From assembly GCF_009914755.1 (NCBI RefSeq), contig NC_060946.1: DNA of 64,000 nucleotides; one strand, 5' to 3'. Of this stretch, positions 58,962 to 64,000 are shown one piece after another; position 1 is the stretch's first letter; each line of letters opens with the position of its first letter. A program made the position numbers and the translations under genes. The stretch is from the human T2T-CHM13v2.0 reference genome, Homo sapiens. The notes below the pieces were generated by a model. That model did not search any database. It was not told where the DNA came from and saw only the letters and a program-made list of their open reading frames with translations.

Positions 58962-61023
58962 GTTCCTCAGGGTAAGGGTGCCCTAACTCCTGTGGGGACC
59001 TTCTTTGGTGGCTCCCCAGGAAGTAAGGAGATGGGAATTGTGCTGTAGAGGTCTACAGCAGCACTGCTTGCTGAGGCGGGGGACAATTGCTGTACATTTG
59101 TAAGGGCAGTGGCTGTGCTGGGTATGCCTCAGTTTGTTGAGGGGCTTGAGGCGGGTCCCTCTTCCTATTTCCTGAAAGAGGTTGTCCATCTTTGCTAAAT
59201 TTAGAATGACACGGACTTGCCCAGTGATTGCCTTTCTTACACCAGGGACGTACATTGGGACTTTTCTGTTGATTGATGGTAGTAGTTTTCATCTTTTGAA
59301 TTCCTTTCTACATTCCTTTCTTGTGTCCAATTTGCCCACAATTAAGGCAAGAGCCTGAGAAATGAAACATATTTTTTCTTACTCTTAATCTAGCCACAGC
59401 CTGAGCTAAAAGAATAACCTTATGTAAATTATCTCCAATGCCATCGCAAGCCTTAATATATTTAGTTAAATGGGCCCTCTCTGTCTGGGATCTAATAGCA
59501 GTTTGACACTCTGCATTAGCATTATTGTATGCAAGAAGCTGTATTACAACATCCTGAGCTGTTTTGATCATTTACGGCTTTATACACAGCCTCTTGGAGC
59601 TGAGCAATAAAATTAATATATGGTTCTTTAGGTCCTTGTCAGACAGAACTGAAATAAGGATACTTTTCCCCGGTAACATTTATCCTTTTCTATGCATGTA
59701 AGCACATGAAGCACAGCTGAACAATGGCAACATCTTCCATTAGTGCTTGATTCTCTAATCAACCCCAGTTAGGGCCAACTCATATTAACTGATCAAAGAA
59801 AACAGGCACAGGTGGCTGCACTTGTGTGTTTTCTTTTGCCTGAGTTTGAGCTTCATCAGCCTACCAAGTTTTAAACTGCAAGTACTGAGATGGAGTGAGA
59901 ACAGGTTTTGTCAAAGTATCTTAATTATATGGTAGTAATCTATTATCAAGAGCCATATTTTTAAATAAAGTTTGCACAAAAAGAGAGTTCAGTCCATATT
60001 GACTAATGGCTTGCTTAAATTCTTTAGTAACTTAAAAGAGAAAGCAGCCTAATTAGCTATATTCTGTCCTACTTGCTGGATTATAGTAACGGGAAATTGC
60101 CATGCTTCAAGGTCTCCCTTGGCTTTAGCTTTTTGAATAGAATTTTGTCTACCACCACCAATTGCTCCAGGTTTTAATGTTGTAACTACAGGAGCAGTAA
60201 GTTTTTCAGCTAATTTATTTTCTCACCCATTTAGAGGAGAGAGAGGAGGTGGCCATTCACTTAATTCAGCAGGTGGAGCCAACGGGCTAGTAAAACATAC
60301 TTTTTAAAGTTTTTCTTTCTTTTGTTTAATCTCCTCTGGTAGCTGCTCCCCACACTCAGAATTTGAAGTTAGTTTTTTACACTCATCCTCCTCTTCCTCA
60401 TCTGAGTCTGCCTCATCATCTGTTTGAAATGGCTCAAGGGCTGCCTTTATTAGTGCCCACACTGACCATACAGAAACTAGAATTTCTGCTCCATCTTTAT
60501 ATGCCTTTTAAAAAATCTCTTCCAATTCTCTCCCATTCATCCAACTTCATAGTCCTTTGTTCTGGAAACCATGGGCAAAACTGCTTTACTGTACTAAAGA
60601 GTGATAACAAATTCTAAGTACTAATTTTCATTCCCCATCTTTGTATGTCCTCGGGTGTCTTTTGATGTTGTGTCCTCTGCTTTCACATGCTCCAGCCTTC
60701 CTTCACCGGGTCTTTGTCACCCCATGTTGGGCGCCAGGAATGTTGGGGTGATCAGACCCCACACTAGGTCATGGGGGTGATGAAGTCCGGAAGAGTCAAA
60801 GGAATGAGAAAAAGACAGTTTGAGAGAGAAAGTGGGACCAGGAGACCATCACGAGTGTGGAGTCTGCAAAGTCCCCAAGCTCTGGGAGCCCACGCTATTT
60901 GTTGGTGCTCAAACAAACAGGTGGTGAGGATTTAGGGGTTGAAAGGAAATGGTGTATCAAGTGAATGAGAAACATATGGCCCTGCCTCAGCTTCTCTTCC
61001 AACACTCAGTTTTTCTCCCAACA
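58962..61023 (-). mobile_element. HERV-K(HML-1)/HERVK14 5' part: LTR14-type LTR (60741-61023), PBS-Lys, gag, start of pro
   Basis: LTR tgttgggagaaaaactgagtgttggaagagaagctgaggcagg; PBS tggcgcccaacatgggg; QLLAYNNANAECQ, CLNCGQIGH, CKKGNHWASPC. Confidence 0.82.
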
Positions 61024-61822
61024 CATTCCCCTTATGAACAGGAATAAAATAGGGATGCCTGTTCTCACCACCCCTGTTTAACAAGTCCTAGCCAGAGCAA
61101 TCAGGCAAGAGAAAGCTATAAAAGGTATCCAAATAGGAAATGAAGTCAAATTATCTCTCTTCACTGATGATATGATTCTACACCTAGAAATCCCTAAAGA
61201 CTGTGCCAAAAGGCTCCTAGAACTGATAAAAAAAAACTTCAGCAAACTTTCAGGATTAAAAAAAATCAACATATAGAAAGAAGTATCATTTCTGTACACC
61301 AAAAATGTTTAAACTGAGAGGTAAATCAAGAGTGCAATCCTGTTTACAACAGCAACCCCCAAAATAAAATAAAAGAAAAGAAGAATATGTCTAACCAAGG
61401 AGGTAAAGGATATCTAAAAGGAGAACTACGAAACACTGCAGAAAGAAATCATAGATGACAAAGCAAATGGAAAACTATTCCATGCTCATGGATTAGAAAG
61501 ATCAATATTGTTAAAATGGCTATACTGCCAAAAGCAATCTACACATTCAACACTATTCCTATGAAACAACCAATGTCGTTTTTCACAGAATTAGAAAAAA
61601 ATATATTCTAAATTTCATATGGATTTTTAAAGAGCCCAGACAACCAAAGGAAACCTAAGCAAGAAGAACAAAGCTGGAGACATCACATTACTTGACTTCA
61701 TACTATACCCTAAGGCCACAATAGACAAAATAGCATGGTAGCGATATGAAAACAGACACAAAGACCAGTGAAACAGAATAGAGAACCCGAAAATAAACAT
61801 GCACCCACAGCCATCAGCTTTC
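61024..61822 (+). mobile_element. L1 (L1PB/MA-like) ORF2 RT fragment
   Basis: gtcctagccagagcaatcaggcaagag; ttcactgatgatatgattcta; ccatgctcatggattag. Confidence 0.88.
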
Positions 61823-61829
61823 CCAGGAT

Positions 61830-62136
61830 AACACAAAGAGAGCCAAGTGGCACCTGCACATTACGCTGTGGAAGAAAAACCCAAGCTCAAGAAACCCCAA
61901 CTTGTATTATGGGAAGTTCACTTGGCTGTACCCTTCCCAAGAGGGAGAAATTATCTGCATTATACTATACAGTAAATAAACTTTTCCTTTGTTCCAGAAG
62001 GAGGTACTGGTTTTCTATTCCAAGGCTGTTTTCTATACAAACATGCTTGAAAACAATCATTTGGAACAAGAAAGTCAGCGTCCATACTTGCAAAATGTGC
62101 GGAAATTAAAGAGACCCAAAAATTGTTTCTCTACCA
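61830..62136. mobile_element. Probable old ERV LTR fragment, family not assigned
   Basis: gagggagaaattatct...tccaaggctgtt...aaacat...gagaccc has LTR-like composition. Confidence 0.3.
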
Positions 62137-62399
62137 ATTTCTATTTTTTTAAAATCACATTTTCCCCATATAATAAGCTTTTAATATATGATAATATTCT
62201 GAAATTGTCTTAGCATTTACCCCCATTTCTGAGTCCAGAAGGATACAATAAATTTAATTTAATTTAGTAACACTTCAAATAGTAGTGATTGTAATAGCAG
62301 AGCTAGTTTGTAGCATAAAGAAAAAATAATAATATTAGGTGACACAAATAATGCTAGCCACCATTTCTAAGTGTCATGGTAAGTACAGTGATTATTTTC

Positions 62400-62580
62400 T
62401 TTTTTTCTGACTCTTTTTTATTGTATTTTTAATTTTTTTCCCATAGGTTATTGGGGTACGGTGGTATTTGGTTCCATGCATAACTTCTTTACTGGTTATT
62501 TGTGAGATTTGGGTGCACCTATCACCTGAACAGTGTACACTGCACCTTATTTGTTATCTTTTATCCCTCGCCCCCCTCCC
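62400..62580 (-). mobile_element. L1PB 3' end fragment
   Basis: ccataggttattggggtac...tgtgagatttgggtgcacctatcacctgaacagtgtacactgcacc. Confidence 0.85.
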
Positions 62581-63301
62581 TATTAAATAATAGACAAAAA
62601 ATAATGGGTTTAGAATAAATGAGTTCAAATGAATTGTCAAACGTATGTGGGAAAAGTGGAATCAGTTTGTGAGAAAAAGGAAAAAAACTCAACAGAAATG
62701 CTGATAAAGCATCATCCCTTCATGGCTAGAGCTGCCAGGACACTAGAACACCAAAATCAGCTAGGGAAATTTTGTAGAAGTCCCAGATGTACTAGATGTT
62801 CTGTGAATACACAGAGATATAATTATAACTGTTACCTGCATGTAGAGTAAAGATGAGAAGGCATTGGTCATGGTGGCAGCTACCTCAGGAGTTACAAAGC
62901 AGACGTGGTTCCAGGACAGTGTATGTCAGGGCAAAGCTGTCCTAGTAGGCTATTAGGAGTTGGTTACGGCACAGACATTGTAAGTCAGATGGTCTCATTA
63001 CTTTCAATGACAAAACCAAAATTACTTTTGCATCAGCCAATACAACGGCCTGGCAAGAGCACAGAAAAAGGCCCTGTGCTGTTAGGTGGGGACCTCTGAT
63101 GCAGCACAATTCCTTCATTCCCTTCTCCAAAACCTCCTCTTCCAATTCCACTGAAGAGAGAATCTGATGGAAGTCCTGTGTAAGCAGGCTCAGATATATC
63201 TACCACTATAGATAGTAGAGGTGATTCATAAATCCAAGCCTATCAAATACATCATAAAAAAGTTACACGTTTAATTTTTTTTGAAATTAGGGATCATGAT
63301 A

Positions 63302-63799
63302 TGAAAGTTATCAGAATCAAAACTGTCAGTAATCTTTAAAAAGAAAAGAAAAAACCTGGACAAATAGATTCAGAGAAGGCCTTGAAGAGAGGGTTCTCAT
63401 GCTTCTAGGCCTGATACAAACTATCACAAAATACCACAAAATCCACAACCTTGCACAAAGGCCATAGCAACCTTACACGAAATACACTTCTGTGAGGACA
63501 TCTATCCAGCAACCACCTGCTCAAACTTCAACTGACATCGACCTTGTTGTTGATCTTTATAGTCAAAGATAACTATAACAAAACAATTATAGAAGCCTCT
63601 TCATTTTTCCTTTATTTATTTTTTTCTACTCCCCCATAATTCCAGGTTGATCGCTTTTCTTTTAAAGACCTTGTCTTCCTTTACCATTTGAATCTACACA
63701 GTTTGCTTTGTCATGCATATTCCCATTGCAGCGCCCTCCTCCCTAAGATGTGTCTTTTTCCTTTAGAGAACCTTTCTCTGTTTGTTATTTAGGTTTACA
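63302..63799 (+). mobile_element. MER34-family solo LTR
   Basis: tgaaagttatcagaatcaaaa...gaaggccttgaagagagggttctcatgc...ccacaaccttgcacaaaggcc...tttaggtttaca. Confidence 0.75.
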
Positions 63800-64000
63800 A
63801 TGAGAAGGCGTGTAAAGTAATTTTACTGTCTTCCTAGGAAAAAATCACTGACTTATAATATTTATATTTATTTATTTACATTCCTGGGGATGAGGAATTA
63901 AAGATTTCACAAATTTTCTTATTGAGAAGATCGAAGTTTTCATGTGAGCAAAACTGAATATGCAAATTGATATGTAAATTATGCTGCAGATAATATGCTC

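Noticed and set aside
55150-60736. Coding-competent HERV-K (HML-2)
   Set aside because: LTRs are MER9- and LTR14-type, not LTR5; all genes are disrupted and env is absent.

Overview
Primate (most likely human) genomic DNA, almost entirely repeat-derived, with the look of a pericentromeric/acrocentric segmental-duplication mosaic. In order: a degenerate ~14-15 bp GC-rich minisatellite; a ~4.7 kb 48-bp CER (D22Z3-type) satellite array; old L1 pieces, a near full-length Tigger1, a Tigger4a/MER46A MITE and an MLT1 LTR-int-LTR; a complete MER57 provirus carrying a MER52 solo LTR; an LTR6-like solo LTR; a CpG-island promoter (ETS/YY1/Sp1/NRF1/ZNF143) with a likely minus-strand first exon; an L1MA; a minus-strand MER52-type ERV interrupted by a TSD-flanked L1PA; an HML-3 (HERV-K9/MER9) provirus abutting or nested in an HML-1 (HERV-K14/LTR14) provirus; and a MER34 LTR. 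I count 33 Alus. I find no intact protein-coding gene, RNA gene or CRISPR array, and I cannot support a new biological system. The best leads are an L1 that appears to have integrated from a spliced RNA using a 5'UTR acceptor other than the L1HS ones I know, a 32-kb-distant inverted copy of an AluSp plus its flank at a duplicon junction, nested HERV-Ks with pol deletions, and many minisatellites born inside transposons. Subfamily names are from recalled consensus sequences, not a database search, and boundaries are approximate unless a TSD is given.
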